Below, piece by piece: positions 11,036 to 23,527 of a stretch of DNA of 64,000 bases. The notes under the pieces are model-generated. The model was not told where the DNA came from. It was given only the letters and a program-made list of their open reading frames with translations, and did no database searches. This DNA comes from Lama guanicoe. Lineage: Eukaryota. The DNA is taken from the NCBI GenBank assembly GCA_013239625.1, contig MU054220.1:5440626-5504625 (forward strand), read 5' to 3'. A program made the translations under genes and the position numbers. Each line of letters starts with the position of its first letter. The stretch's first letter is position 1.

Positions 11036-13808
11036 AAGAGTGATCCTAGAAAGCTGGCTGTAAAAAATGGAATTCTGGAGCTGGATCATCTGCTGGCTGA
11101 ATGGCAGTGAAGTTCCCATTACTGGCAGTAGGTGAAGTGTTAATGATTCCTGGCATGATGTTGCAGAAATTGCTTAGATTTTCACCTCTGAGGAACTGGG
11201 ACAGGAAAAAGGTGAAAAGGGACACATTAGCTTTTGCAATTCTGCTGGAATTTTATTGGAATAATAATTTTAGGGCTTGTGGAATTGGGTGGTGGTGTAA
11301 AGCACCATTGAAGAAAGAAAATTTTAAGCTCTCATCTAGTGATCATAAATTTGAAGCAAAGTATGAAATTCAGGGGGCCTCCTTGGTAACTTCTAAAGAG
11401 ATATACTCTCCTGAAGCTTGGAGGGCAGTCTGAGCTGATGAGCAGGATTCTTTGGGTTTTAGAAGGAACATTTTCTACAAATATGTATACTGCTTTCACC
11501 CATTTATTGAGTGATGTCAAACACTACTTATTTTGAGTGAGGCTCAGAGCAAGAAAATCCTCTGTAGCAGGTCCAGGCTGTTGCTTTGCCACTTAAACCA
11601 TATGGCTCGGCAGATCCAATGTTACTAGAGGTATTTGTACTGAGCAAAGATGCCACTGGTGTCTCTGCTAAGGCCCAGAAAGAGAGTTACAGCACAGACC
11701 CCTAAGACTCTGGAACAAAGCCATACCATCTGCAAAAAACAACTATACATTATTGAAAAAGTAACTGCTAGAATGATACTGGGTCCTGGTAGGAACTGGT
11801 TATGTGACCATGGGGCATCAAGTGAGTGTGCAACCAGCAGTGTTCATCATGAACTACATGCTGTTAGAGCCACCACGTCTAAGGTTTAGTGGACCCAGAA
11901 GCAATCCAGTGCGAGATTGGAATAGTACTTCTGAAATTACGTTTAGAGGTCTCAGGTTAGTTGCATGAACAGGTGGTCCTGACTCCCATGTCACTCACTG
12001 TTGTTGCACTTTTGATGTACCCTCAGTTCACACTTGTGGCCTCATGAAGAGTTCTTTATGATTCGATTACAGAGGAGGAAACAAACAAACAAACCATACT
12101 TTGTTTATGCAGAAATCAACTGTAATAAATTGCTGCAAACCCAAAAGTAGAGTGTAGTTTCAGGACAGCCATACTCATGGATGGCCCTCTAAAACAGTGA
12201 TGAGTGGAAAGACTCCCAATGGGAGGAGTGGAAGAGCTTCAGTTGGTTTGCTTGGGCATGTACTTTGTATGGACAACTAAGTGTCTTGAGTTAACACAAA
12301 ATCAGGTGAGGTGATGAATTGCTTTACTGGTGGTTAGGAGCTTGAAAAGAACAAACTTGGAAGATCTATGACAAAGACAGAGTCATGCTGAAGGATTTAT
12401 GGGAACAGATAAAAAGTGTGTGGATTTTTGTATCACATATTAATGCTTAACACAGAGTATCTACTGCAGGAGAATTTTTTAAATAAAATGAGTATATAGG
12501 ATGACTTGGCCAGTAGATGTTAGCCAGTCTTTGTGCTCAGTCACCTCTTGATTGAGCAATGGACTAGTGAAAGAAAAAGCCGCAGTGACAGAGATGGAGG
12601 CTATGCATGGGTGATAGCCTGGGCTTCCTCTTACCAAGGCTCATTGAATTACTTCCATTACTGAATGTCAACTTTCCAGTAACAGAGACCGACATAGAGT
12701 TCTCAGTAATGTACCTTCCCTGGAGGAGACTATCTACTTGGTGTAAAATTGATTACGTTAGACCCCTTACCATTCTGGAAAAGGTTAGAAATTCACCTAG
12801 ATTTGTACTGACATATATTCCAGGGATGTTTTGACTTTTCTGGCTATAGTTCTCAGTCAACATCACTATCTGAGAGCGCTTCCAACATGGATTCTGTACA
12901 ACTTCTCCTTGAACTAAGGGGTCCACTTTATAGCAATGAAGATATAACACTGGGCACATGACCATGGATCCAGACCCACTGGACCCATGTCATGCCACAC
13001 CACCCAGAAACTATTGGCCTCATAGGGCAGTGGAATCATCTGTGGTGCCAGCTTGGAGAGAGCACCCTGTAAGAATGAGGCACTATCCTTCAGCATGTAA
13101 TATATCCCCTTAAACCAATGGCCGTCGTATGGGGGTGTCCCAAGAGGTAGAATAGTGAGTCTGGGAACCAAGAAATGGAAGTAGGAGTGTCCTACTTAGC
13201 ATCACTCCCAGTGACCCACTGGGGGAAGTTGTTTTTCCTATTCTTACAACTTCAGGCTCTATAGGTCTACAGTACTTACTTGTAGTAGAGAGATGCTTCC
13301 AACAGGAGACCTAGTAAGAGTCTCACTACAGGTAAAGCTATGTCTGATCACTTTGCGCATCTCATGTTAATAGACAAGAGCAGAGTTACCACATCGGAAG
13401 AGGTAATTGACCCTGATCACCATGAGGAGGTAAAGCTGAGGCTGTCGTGGGAGCAGGGAAGAATTTATCTGACATATTTTTGATACTACCATGCCAAGTT
13501 TTAACTGTAAATGGCAAGTACAGCAACCCTGGTCTGTAAGGGCATGATAGGCAAGTGCTCAGATCCCTCAGGGATGAGGGTCTGAGTCTTCTATCCAGGC
13601 AGGCCACCAGCAGAGGTAAGGGGCATCTCTGTGCGGTTGAAGATGGTGAGGACCAACTTCAGTAACTGGGGCTGGAGTTCATGCCACTTACCCTCTGCTT
13701 ATACATTTACCCAGAAATTATGACCAACCAAAATCCTGGAGAATCTGTGTCTGGATGGAATAAACTTAATGTAAGATAAAAATGGCTCTGAGAAGTGAAT
13801 AAGGTACA
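11036..13808 (+). mobile_element. ERV3-16A3-like (ERVL class) internal region: gag 5' remnant, RT C-terminus/RNase H, integrase, dUTPase; all disrupted
   Basis: Gag-like CGIGWW in ORF 11101-11433; tctttgggttttagaagg (FGF*R, the GFWR motif) at ~11450; WCKIDYVRPL (integrase WQVDYIGPL) in ORF 12607-12834; EVIDPDHHEE (dUTPase motif 3) at 13400-13429; many stops and frameshifts. Confidence 0.85.
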
Positions 13809-13982
13809 GTGTTGTGTACTCTTGGTGCTCTTCTCAGATCCCCTTTACTGATCTGGTATGGCTATCTCTTAGAGGTTGAAATATTGGCTGCTAATGGCTC
13901 ACACAGGCATTCTTCTTTTGAAAACTGCCCTCAGCTGACAGGAATCACCTTGTCTGTAAATACCTAGGAAATTGTACCTAGG
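13809..13982 (+). mobile_element. Truncated 3' LTR (LTR16-type)
   Basis: tgttgtgtactcttggtgctcttctcagatcccctttact resembles the LTR16 5' terminus and aligns loosely with 10625-10750. Confidence 0.7.
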
Positions 13983-14042
13983 TATTGGACTACGGTGACA
14001 CAAGCAAGGCATCTAGAGAACAAAATTTAAGGAGACACTCAT
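13983..14042 (+). mobile_element. Half of a palindromic hAT MITE (MER96-like)
   Basis: ggactacggtgacacaagcaaggcatctagagaacaaaatttaaggagacactca resembles the MER96 left arm. Confidence 0.55.
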
Positions 14043-15054
14043 TTTTTCTGCTTTGTTCCTGTGGGCTAGTCATGTCTTCTAATTTGGATGCTTGAAAGCT
14101 AGGGATGTGTCTCTTATACTGATTTTATGTTTAGCCTAGTGCCTGGCACTGAGTGTCTAGACTATAAAAGCTTATAGAATAAGTAATAAATGTAATAATA
14201 TTAAATCAATTCTTGCTACTACTCATCAGGGAGTAATCTCACATAGGATTGTCTGTGTGAGAAGTAACTCAATCACAAATCACTGACTATAGTCTGGAGC
14301 ATTTATCCTCAACTTTGAGCTAATATTTAAAACCAATCCTTATTTTTTCTAAACCTGGCAATATCTCCCTTTTTCTTCTTCTCTCCTCTCATCTATCAGT
14401 CTAAACTTTTTTTCTCCAGTCTTCAGTCACCATGACATTCTTCTGTGGTTTTATGTCAGTTGCCATGGAAAATAAATGACTATCTCATTTGAACTATCCC
14501 CATGTGATCTTATATGAGCCTATTATGTATCAGACTATTCTAAACAGACTCTAAATTTTGTAAAAGTCATTGAGCTACTTTCGTAAGATGCTATGGTATC
14601 TTTTTCAAGGTCTCACAGCTGGTAAGAGGGAGGGTGAAGATTCTAGTCCCAGTTCGGATCGCTCCAAAGGCCATGATACATTATTCAGCCGTTGTGCTCT
14701 GCTACTACAACTCCAGCAGCCAAATACATGGTTTGTTTTAGTCATAAACTTCCTAATTTCACTCTAGTTGTCTATGGTAAGGTGACTGATATGAGAAACA
14801 GTTTTTCCTCATTTCTCACATTTCTCAGAAGGAGCTCTGTTTCATTTCTTAATAGGAAACAATATTGGAAGGAATCCTCCAAGATTTTGTTTCCCTTGTC
14901 TCAGTTGCTCCTTCTCATAAGCAGAGGTTTTTGTTTTGTTTTGGTTTGGTTTTTTAAAGTTGATTGGTAAAATATGCTGGTCATCCATCCATTGGGTGAT
15001 GTTAATGACAGAATAGACCATCTCTCTATTCAAGAGGCAGACCTGGAAGGAATC

Positions 15055-15238
15055 CTCCCTTCCTTCCTTCCTTCCATCCTTCCTTCCTCATTTCTTTTGT
15101 TTCCTTTCCTTTCCTTTCCTTTCCTTTCCTTTCCTTTCCTTTCCTTTCCTTTCCTTTTCTTTTCTTTTCCTTTCCTTTCCTTTCTTTTCTTTTCTTTTCT
15201 TTTCTTTTCTTTTCTTTTCTTTTCTTCCTCTCTCTCCT
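15055..15238. repeat. Compound microsatellite (CCTT)n-(TTTCC)n-(TTTTC)n
   Basis: Tandem 4- and 5-mers read directly; source of ORFs 14974-15318 and 15026-15244. Confidence 0.97.
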
Positions 15239-15634
15239 ACTCATTTGCTCTTGTTTTAATTTTTGTTCTTACCCTAACTATCATGGTGTCTCTTGTAGCT
15301 GTCTGCCATGTGAATTAGTGACAGGCATGGAATCATCTTTATCAGTATCTTCCTGCATGTGAAGAGCAGACTAAGTAAGCTATGTTTTATCAGGAACATT
15401 TTTTTTTTCAGTTTCTCTGACTACAACTAGCTGGTTAATTTTACTGCTTAAAGTTTTGGAGAAAACAGGGGTCCTGTCATAATTTCTAATTTGAACTTAC
15501 TACTATTAAGCAACATTTGACTCTCTGTACCCTCAATGAGTTAAAATGTAGAGAATCCCCTAAAACTTTAACAGTATCATTTTGTTGATTAGTTCACCAG
15601 TGAGGGCTACTGAACATGAAATTGCACTGTGGTA

Positions 15635-17985
15635 AGATTTTTAAATATTATAAATTAATTTCTTTAATAGGTATGAGACTAAATCAATAACTAATACTTC
15701 TGGTATCAGTTTAGATAAATTATATTTTTTAAAGCAATTTGTTCATGTCAACTGAATTTAAAAATTTATTGGCATACAGTAATACATATTATCTTTTTAT
15801 ATCTTTTAGCTATTTGTAGAATCTATTGCTATATCCCCTTTTTCATATCTGGAATTAGTAGATAATTCATTTTTAGCTATTCTCCCCTTCCAATTTATAC
15901 ATATAAGACTATGAAATTCCCTCAAAGCACTGCATCAGCTGCATCCCACAATTTGAATATGTCATATTTATATTATTATTCAGTTAAAATGTTTTCTAAT
16001 TCACCTCATGATTCCTTTTAAAATTCTGTGTGCTGTTTAGAAGTATATTGATTAGTTCCCAAATATTTGGATATTTTCTGGGTTTTGTTTTTAGATTAAC
16101 TCTTACTGATGTAAGAGAACATACTTAAAGTGATTTCAATTACTTAAAATTTCATGAAAATTTCTATTTGTTATAAGTTTCATATGTATTTGAAAATAAA
16201 ATTTCCTCATTTTTGTTTGCAGTATTTTCTGTTATGTCAGTTTAGTCAGTTTTTAAGGCAACATTGTTTAGATTTTCTATTTTGTTACTGATTTCTTATC
16301 AGTTATTGGGGAAGGAATTAAAATTTTTCAATATGATTGTAACTTTATTATTTCTTCTTTAGGGTGTTACAAGTTTTGCCTTAAAGGTATTAAAGTTGTA
16401 TTATTTGGTACATATATATGTATATAGGAACTGTTACATGTATCTTATTGATTTATTCTTTTGTTATGAAATTCTCTTTATCTCTAATAATTCTTTTTAA
16501 AATATCTACTTTGACTTATGCTAGTGGGACTGTATCCGCTTTCTTTTGGTTAATGTGTATGTAGCTCATTCCTTTGCCTTTCTGTTAATTTATTTTTAAA
16601 GAGAGTATCTTGTAAACAACATGACTTTTTTTTTCTTTGAAATGAAATCTCATAGTCAAATGATGTTTTAAACTAGTTTTTTAATTGGAATATTACTTCA
16701 TTTGCATGCTTTGCAATTATTGATACATTTGTGTTTAAGGATATCATTTTACCACTTGTCTTCTATTGGTCCCCTCTTTTTTATGATCAATTTCCTCTAA
16801 TTTTTCTGTTAGATTTATACATTATTTTCTTTAAAAATTTCCATCTATTTGTTTATTAATTATACATTATTTTGTTATTCTTGTAGTATTTGTTTTGGAA
16901 AAATTGCAGCACTCACTCTTGACTCACTAGAATTAGTTTTTTTACTATTACACAGACTGGCTGAATTTTTCAAACCTTCACTTACACTTACTCTCTCCTG
17001 CTTTATGTGCTGTTGTCACCCTACATTTTAATTCTACATGTATTCAAAATCCTACATAACATTATTATTATTTTTTGTATTGTCAATGTCACGTGTTTGT
17101 CCACATATTAACACTTTTTGTTATTTTTAATTCCTTCTTAGATCTCTTGCTTCCATCTGAGATTATTTGCCTTCTTTCTGAAAAATGACTTTTCTTAGTA
17201 TTTCTGTTAGTAAGGGATGGCTGGCGATAAATTCCCTCAGTCTTTGTTTTTCCAGAAAAGTTTTTATTTTGCTCTTACTTTTGAAATATATTTTCAGTGG
17301 GCATGGAATTCTAAATTGACACTTAACCTTCAGTATTTTTAAAATGCCATCCCATTGTTTTCATCTCATCATTTTGGTCTAGAAGTCATTTGTAATTCTT
17401 ATTGTTGCTTCTGTGTAGATGATGTCTTTTATGTCTAATTACTTTTAAATTTTTCTTTTTTTTGTTTTAATTTTCAGCAATTATGATGTATCTGGCTATG
17501 CTTTTATTTATATTTATCCTGCTGGGTTTTCATAGTGGCTCTTTAATCTGTGAGTTGATGTCTTTCATAGATTTTACAACTTTCTTGGCTATCATCTCTC
17601 CAAAAATTGTTTCTTTTCCTCTCTTACAGCCCACTCTTTACTAAACTTTAATTACATGTACATTCAGTTTTGTCACTACATCTCATAATCTCTTTTTCTC
17701 CTTTCTATGCTTGTTTCTCTCTGTGTTTTAATTTGGACATTGTCTATGTCAAAAATTTGTTTCATTAAGCCACACTACAGCTGTGCCAAGCTATTCTGAG
17801 ATTTTAATTGTATTTTTCAGCTCCAAGAACTTTGTTTTATTTTTTAAAAATTCTCACTTTTCTGGCAAAATTCTTTCTTTTCTTAAATGTATTAATTAAA
17901 AATTTTAAAAGTCAGTTTCTGATTAGCTTCAATATTGGATCACCTGAGAATTTGTGTGTTTTTCTCTTGATTTTGTTTCTTGTTA
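15635..17985 (-). mobile_element. Old L1 (L1ME/L1M5-type) ORF1/ORF2 5' region, highly degraded
   Basis: Long T-rich tract with L1 motifs such as aaattccctcaaagcactgcatcagctgcatcccaca, ggctggcgataaattccctcagtctttgttt and atattttcagtgggcatggaattctaaattgac. Confidence 0.75.
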
Positions 17986-18009
17986 TGAATACTTGGATGA
18001 CAGAAAACT

Positions 18010-18168
18010 GCATGGGAAAAAAATCTCAAAATAATTATGCTGAGTGAAAGAAGTCAGGATAAAAAGAGTACCTATCCTTTGATTCCATCTATATAAAATT
18101 CTGGAAAATGCAAACTAGTCTATACTGACAGAAAGCAAACCATTTGTGGCCTAGGAACGGGGCAGAAA
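18010..18168 (+). mobile_element. L1MD/ME 3' UTR fragment
   Basis: aatctcaaaataattatgctgagtgaaagaagtcagg...gattccatctatataaaattctggaaaatgcaaactagtctatactgacagaaagc. Confidence 0.8.
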
Positions 18169-18289
18169 TCAGTCTGTAGAAGTTTGAAACTTCACAGCAG
18201 CAAAATCTAATGAATAACAATATGATATGAAAAGGAAAGTTTGGACAGAGTCATGAAGATCATTTTGGGAAGTTACCTTTAATCTGTTT

Positions 18290-18660
18290 TGGCGACAGAC
18301 TGAATGTAAGGAGTGAAGAAAGGATAACTTGGGTAACTATCTTGGTGACAGTGCTGTTTACTGAGGTAATGCAGGATGGGAACACGGTTTTTGAAGACAA
18401 AACTGTTGAAAATACTGCCAAACATTTAGTGTTTGTAGAGTTATATTTATTGATTTGGAGCTCAAGAGAGAGCTCTGGGAGATATGTAGAAGGCAGTGGA
18501 AGCCAAGGCAGAGTGTGTAGAGAGAGAAGAACGGACGGCTGAGGACTGAGTCCTTAGGAATACCAACAGTTAAGCAGAGAAAAGGACACTAACAAGGTGC
18601 CATGGAAACCAAAAATACGGAGGTTATAAATAATCTAGTGTGTCATCAAAGGTCAAGAAA
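18290..18660 (-). mobile_element. L2 fragment
   Basis: Purine-rich L2 antisense motifs: gactgaatgtaaggagtgaag, tggagctcaagagagagctctgg, ggctgaggactgagtccttaggaataccaaca. Confidence 0.7.
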
Positions 18661-18834
18661 TGGGGCAAACTATATGTAGCTTCTCAAGTATCCTATCCCA
18701 TTTGTGTGATATTCTGCCTGCCTCCTATGCTCTTCCCTATTTCATTCCTTGTAAACTATCCCTCTTTTGGGAAGTTCCCATTGAGTCCTTTAGGTAGACT
18801 TTGGGGCACACTTCTTATGGTTCTATTTGTTTTG

Positions 18835-19013
18835 ATTCTGCTTATCACATTACATTTTAATTATCAGTCTATAGGCCAATCTCCTTGCCAGACTGTGACT
18901 TCTGATTTTGTATTCCCAGCACCACTACATTTCAACTTTGGCTGAATCCCTAGTGCCTTACAGAGTAGTAATTTTATGGAAGTCACTGAAAAGTTATTTG
19001 TTGAATGAATAAA
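18835..19013 (+). mobile_element. L2 3' end
   Basis: ttgtattcccagcac...ccctagtgcctt...tatttgttgaatgaataaa tail. Confidence 0.65.
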
Positions 19014-20600
19014 GAGCTTTTCAAAAAAATGAGGGAATCTAAATTGCTAATGATGAAAAAAAGCAAACAGTGTTTCAGGGCATATCTTCCTTAGGGATTG
19101 TGCCACAAACTAGCTTGGGCAAGCTGCTGCATTTTCTAGGGAATTAGCTTCCTCATTAGTAAAATCAGAATGTTGGTTGATGATGATATTCTGGGTTCAA
19201 TGACCATTTCTATTTCAGCAATTATTTTATTTCTGGATTTCAATAAATATTTTGATTGAAAAATAATCTTTCTCTTTTCTGCCTGTTAGTTCTTCCTCTG
19301 GTTTTTAAATGAGTGTGGTCTGAGTCTAGCAAGTATTGGATCTTAGTCTCCTGTATGCCTTTGTAACTTTTATTTTCCATGAGAATTTCTGAGGACAGTT
19401 GGTTAAGACTTATTGACCCAGCAATGTCCTAAATACATGTCAGCAGGTGTTGAAAGGCTGTGGATGAGAAAGTGCCATCACTTCCTAGGTAATTGGAACA
19501 AGGAAGAGGACACTGTTCACAAGGATTTGACAAAAGATTAACCTGTCTCCTCTACTGTAAAGCAGTAACGGGCTCATTTGTTACTTATGGCACTGCTTGT
19601 CACCAGTTTCTAGCACACTTTCCCAAGATCCTTGACCAAATAGCTGAAAATGGAGATGTGAAGACAGGACCTGGAAATTGGTCTATTCATAGCACACATT
19701 TTAAAGTTCCCGAGAGTGTTTCACTCTAGCCTTGGATATGAGTACCAGCCCATGTGCCTAGTGGCTCATTAAACTCTAGGTAGATAAAGGAGACTAGATG
19801 GCAGGCCTAAAAGTCAGTCTTCTCATTTCATATCCCTTATTTTCTATGAGTTTTTTCATTGGTAATTCACGATTAGGGAAATCCTGAGGACAATTGCTTG
19901 TGGGGTATTGGTGAAATAGGATTATTCATATAACTAAATGGAACATATGCTCTAGTTTCCATAGTGCCTGACACTCTGAAAGTAGAATTAGGACCTTATG
20001 ATAATAGGTATTAATACATAAGTACTGACTGATTAAAAAAGAAAGTATATGTTGGTGAGAAAGTGAACATTTTGTGGACTATGTATTCATTTTTGCATCA
20101 TAATTAGTTGAAAATGGTTAGTATGCCAAACATATAATTGAAAATGTATTTAAAATATATACATAAGATGTTCATTATAAAATTATGTATAATAATAGCA
20201 GTTTGAAATAAATACCTTTCACTTTGGGGTTAACTAAATAACTTTTGGCATGACAATCCAAAGCGATATTATGAAGTTATTTTTCAAAAAGTGTAATATG
20301 ACTACTGAGCAAAGTTATTGTATGTATATGCATATGAAGAAAAGCCCATAAGAGTAACTGTGTGGAAATAGTGGTCTTTTGGTAAATATTTTTCTTATAT
20401 CTAATTTCTAAACTTTTAGGGATTAATTATCTTACATACTTAGAAGAAAATGATTTTTAAAAGATGTCCAGTTACCTCAAATATTGACATTTCACAAAGG
20501 AAATTCATATGGCTAAACTTTTCTGGTGGGTGTGATCCAGGAAAATCAGAGGATCCTGAACAAGGACAGCATTTTAACACTTGAAAGATAAAAAAATGGT

Positions 20601-20953
20601 TTATGCTTTCACGGCAAAGGAAGCCATAAACAAAATGAAAAGACAACCTATGGACTGGGAGAAAATATTTGCAAATGACATGACTGACAAGGGCCTAATT
20701 TCCAAAATATACAAACAGTTCATACAACTCAATAACAAAAAATCAAATAACCAAATTAAAAAATGGGCAGAAGACTTAAATAGACATTTTTTTGAAGAAG
20801 ATATACAGACGGCCAATAGGCACATGAAAATATGCTCAGCATCATTAACTACTAGAGAAATATAAATCAAAACTACAGTGAGGTATCATCTCACACTGGT
20901 CAGAATGGGCATGATAATATAGCACAGGCTTCTAGTAACCTGTAATGAAAAAG

Positions 20954-20993
<40 letters not shown>

Positions 20994-21885
20994 CCACCAT
21001 ATAAGTAATCACTATGCTGTACACCAGAAACTAATACAACATTGTAAATCAACTATACCTCAACAAAAAATTAAAATTAAAATTAAAAATATAAAAAGTC
21101 TACAAACAATAAATGCTGGGGAGCATGTGGAGAAAAAGAACCTTCCTATGCTGTTGGTGGGAATGTAGTTTGGTGCAGCCACTGTGGAAAACAGTATGGA
21201 GAGTTCTTAGAAAAAAAAAAACTAAAAATAGAGTAACCATATGATCCAGAAATCCCATTCCTGGGCAGATATCCAGAGAAAACTCTAATTTGAAAAGATA
21301 CATGCACCCCAATACTCATAGCAGCACTATTTCCAATAGCCAAGATATGGAAGCAACCTGAATGCCACTGACATATGAATGGATATGGAAAATGTGATAT
21401 ATATATAAATGGAATACTACTCAGCTGTAAAAAAGAATGAAATAATGCCATTTACAGCAACATGGATGGACCTAGAGATTTTCATGCTAAGTGAAGTCAG
21501 TTAGACAGAGAAAGACAAATCATGATATTACCTATATGTGAAATCTAAAAAATGATACAAATGGACTTCTTTACAAAACAGAAGCAGACACATAGACACA
21601 GCAAATGAACTTATGGCTATGAAAAGGGAAAGTGGGGGATAAATTAACAGCTTGGGATTAGCAGATACAAACTACTGTATATAAAATAGATAAATAACAA
21701 CATCTTACTGTACAGCACAGGGAATTACATTCAACGTCTTGTAATACTCTATAATGAAAAAGAATTTTAAGAAGAAAATATATATACATGCACACACACA
21801 TATATATATAACTGAATCACTATACTGTACACAAAAAACTAACACAATATTGTGAATCACCTGTAAATTCAACAACAAAATAGAA
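20601..21885 (+). mobile_element. Artiodactyl/camelid L1: ORF2 C-terminus plus 3' UTR (host of nested insertions)
   Basis: ORF 20581-20865 [21 protein letters not shown]...[12 protein letters not shown] is L1 ORF2p C-terminal sequence; 3' UTR ends near 21875. Confidence 0.92.
20918..21091 (+). mobile_element. Short L1 3' end with (CA)n, nested inside the host L1 ORF2
   Basis: tatagcacagg...aatcactatgctgtacaccagaaactaatacaacattgtaaatcaactatacctcaac plus A-tail; interrupts cagaatgggcatgat|aaaaagtctacaaac. Confidence 0.85.
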
Positions 21886-21907
21886 CGATAAAAACAATAA
21901 AAATGGT

Positions 21908-22223
21908 CTAAAAAAGCAAAAACAAACAAAAACAAAGCATAAATACAGGACAGAAATAGACTCATGGACAGAGAATACAGACTTGTGGTTACCGGGGTGG
22001 GGCGTGGTAGAGGGTGGGAAGGGATAGACTGGGATTTCAAAATTGTAGAATAGATAAACAAGATTACACTGTATAGCACAGGGAAATATACACAAAATGT
22101 TATGATAAATCACAGAGAAAAAAATGTGACAATGAGTGTGTATATGTCCATGAATGACTGAAAAATTGTGCTGAACACTGGAATTTGACACAACACTGTA
22201 AAATGATTATGAATCAATAAAAA
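21908..22223 (+). mobile_element. Young camelid-type L1 3' end inserted at the tail of the host L1
   Basis: aaagcataaatacaggacagaaatagactcatggacagagaatacagacttgtgg...gatttcaaaattgtagaatagataaacaag...tgctgaacactggaatttgacacaac; flanked by aaaaacaataaaaatggt / aaaaacaataatggt. Confidence 0.88.
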
Positions 22224-22299
22224 AAAAACAATAATGGTGGCTATATGTGGTTTTCTTTGCTATGAGCTCCAGGTAGGTAGGAGTTTGTGTTATTGTCTT

Positions 22300-22518
22300 T
22301 GGATTCAGAGAGGAGTAGACTTAAATCCTAGGTTAAATCATGATTTCTGGAGAAATTACATAACCTCTCTGAGCCTTGGTTCTTTTATCTGTGATCTGGG
22401 AATAATAATGTCTCTTTCACAGGGTTTTTGTAAAGAATGAATTAAGTGGGTAATATATGTTAAATATTTAGCACAGCACTGGATACCTAGTAAGTGCCTA
22501 GAAAATAATAGTTATTTA
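22300..22518 (+). mobile_element. MIR SINE
   Basis: aattacataacctctctgagccttggttcttttatctgtgatctgggaataataat is the MIR core. Confidence 0.85.
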
Positions 22519-22687
22519 TGCTGTTTGATGTAATGTACTCCTTGATTCTTTCAGTGTTCTTGTGAGATGGAAAGGGGTAACCATTCATTATGTTTCCTTC
22601 GCAAGTGGGGAAATGGAATCCCTAAGCTAGGATGCACTAGTTCAAAGTCATCACCAAGCCAGGTAAAAAACACTGAAAAAGTGAATA

Positions 22688-22888
22688 CAAGTTTGAACTG
22701 TGTGGGTCCACTTATGTGAGGATTTTTGTTACTAAATGCCTACTGCAGTTCTACAGGATCCTTGGTTGGTTGAATCCTCAGATGTGGCACTGCAGATATT
22801 GAGGGCTGACTGTGAAGGTGTATGTAGATTTTCCACTGCATGGAGAGTTGGCACTCCTAATCTCTGTATTGTTCAAGGGTCAACCATA
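22688..22888. mobile_element. Tigger2-derived MITE (MER8/Tigger2a-like)
   Basis: gtttgaactgtgtgggtccacttat...ttgttcaagggtcaacc carries the Tigger2 terminal inverted repeat; left TIR incomplete. Confidence 0.8.
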
Positions 22889-23393
22889 TATGGGTCTAGC
22901 TTCTCTACCATATATCAAGCAGGGAAGGGAGTAGGATACATTCAAAAGCCAACTGTTTTATTTTTCTCATATCAGGGATAAGTATATGGAACCAGGATGT
23001 TCCATCTTAAAATATGCAGTGAGAATACTATCTCAGAGTACTTTCTTGAACATAAAACTTGAACCCCACACACTCAGTTAAAAAGTTTATTTTCTTTCCG
23101 TAGTTTCTGTCTTTCTGCTACCAAAAGAAACTTTCAGAGGCTTGCTCATGTGCAAAATCCATTATTGCTCCTCAATATCTGATACAGTCTTGAGACTAGA
23201 GAACTTTACAGCTTAAGCTGTACCTTGAGAATAATGTGCCACATTCTTATTTCTGTTTACAAAACTCAGATGTCTGGAGTCCCAGCAGAGGCCTGCACAG
23301 AGTAACAGAGGTCCCAGAAGACATGCTTCTACTTGATCTTATCACCTGTCATGTCTGAAGCAAAGCACTGAGCCTCCTTGTCCATTAACTTTT

Positions 23394-23527
23394 TTTTAGA
23401 TTTTATTTTTTAAACATTTTTTTATTGAGTTATAGTCATTTTGCAATGTTATGTGAAATTCCAGTGTAGAGTGCAATTTTTCAATTATACATGAACAGCC
23501 ATATATTTATTGTCACTTTTTTTTTTC
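23394..23527 (-). mobile_element. Young camelid-type L1 3' end, very short
   Basis: ttattgagttatagtcattttgcaatgttatgtgaaattccagtgtagag; TSD tccattaactttt (23381-23393) / tccattcactttt (23528-23540) followed by aa. Confidence 0.88.

Noticed and set aside
11101..13607. ERV-derived ORFs as a possible domesticated gag/pol gene
   Set aside because: Fragments are short, drift out of the ancestral frame and are full of stops; no intact domain
14974..15318. 114-aa hydrophobic ORF with FPFLS repeats (and its Lys/Arg-rich antisense ORF)
   Set aside because: Produced by the pentanucleotide microsatellite
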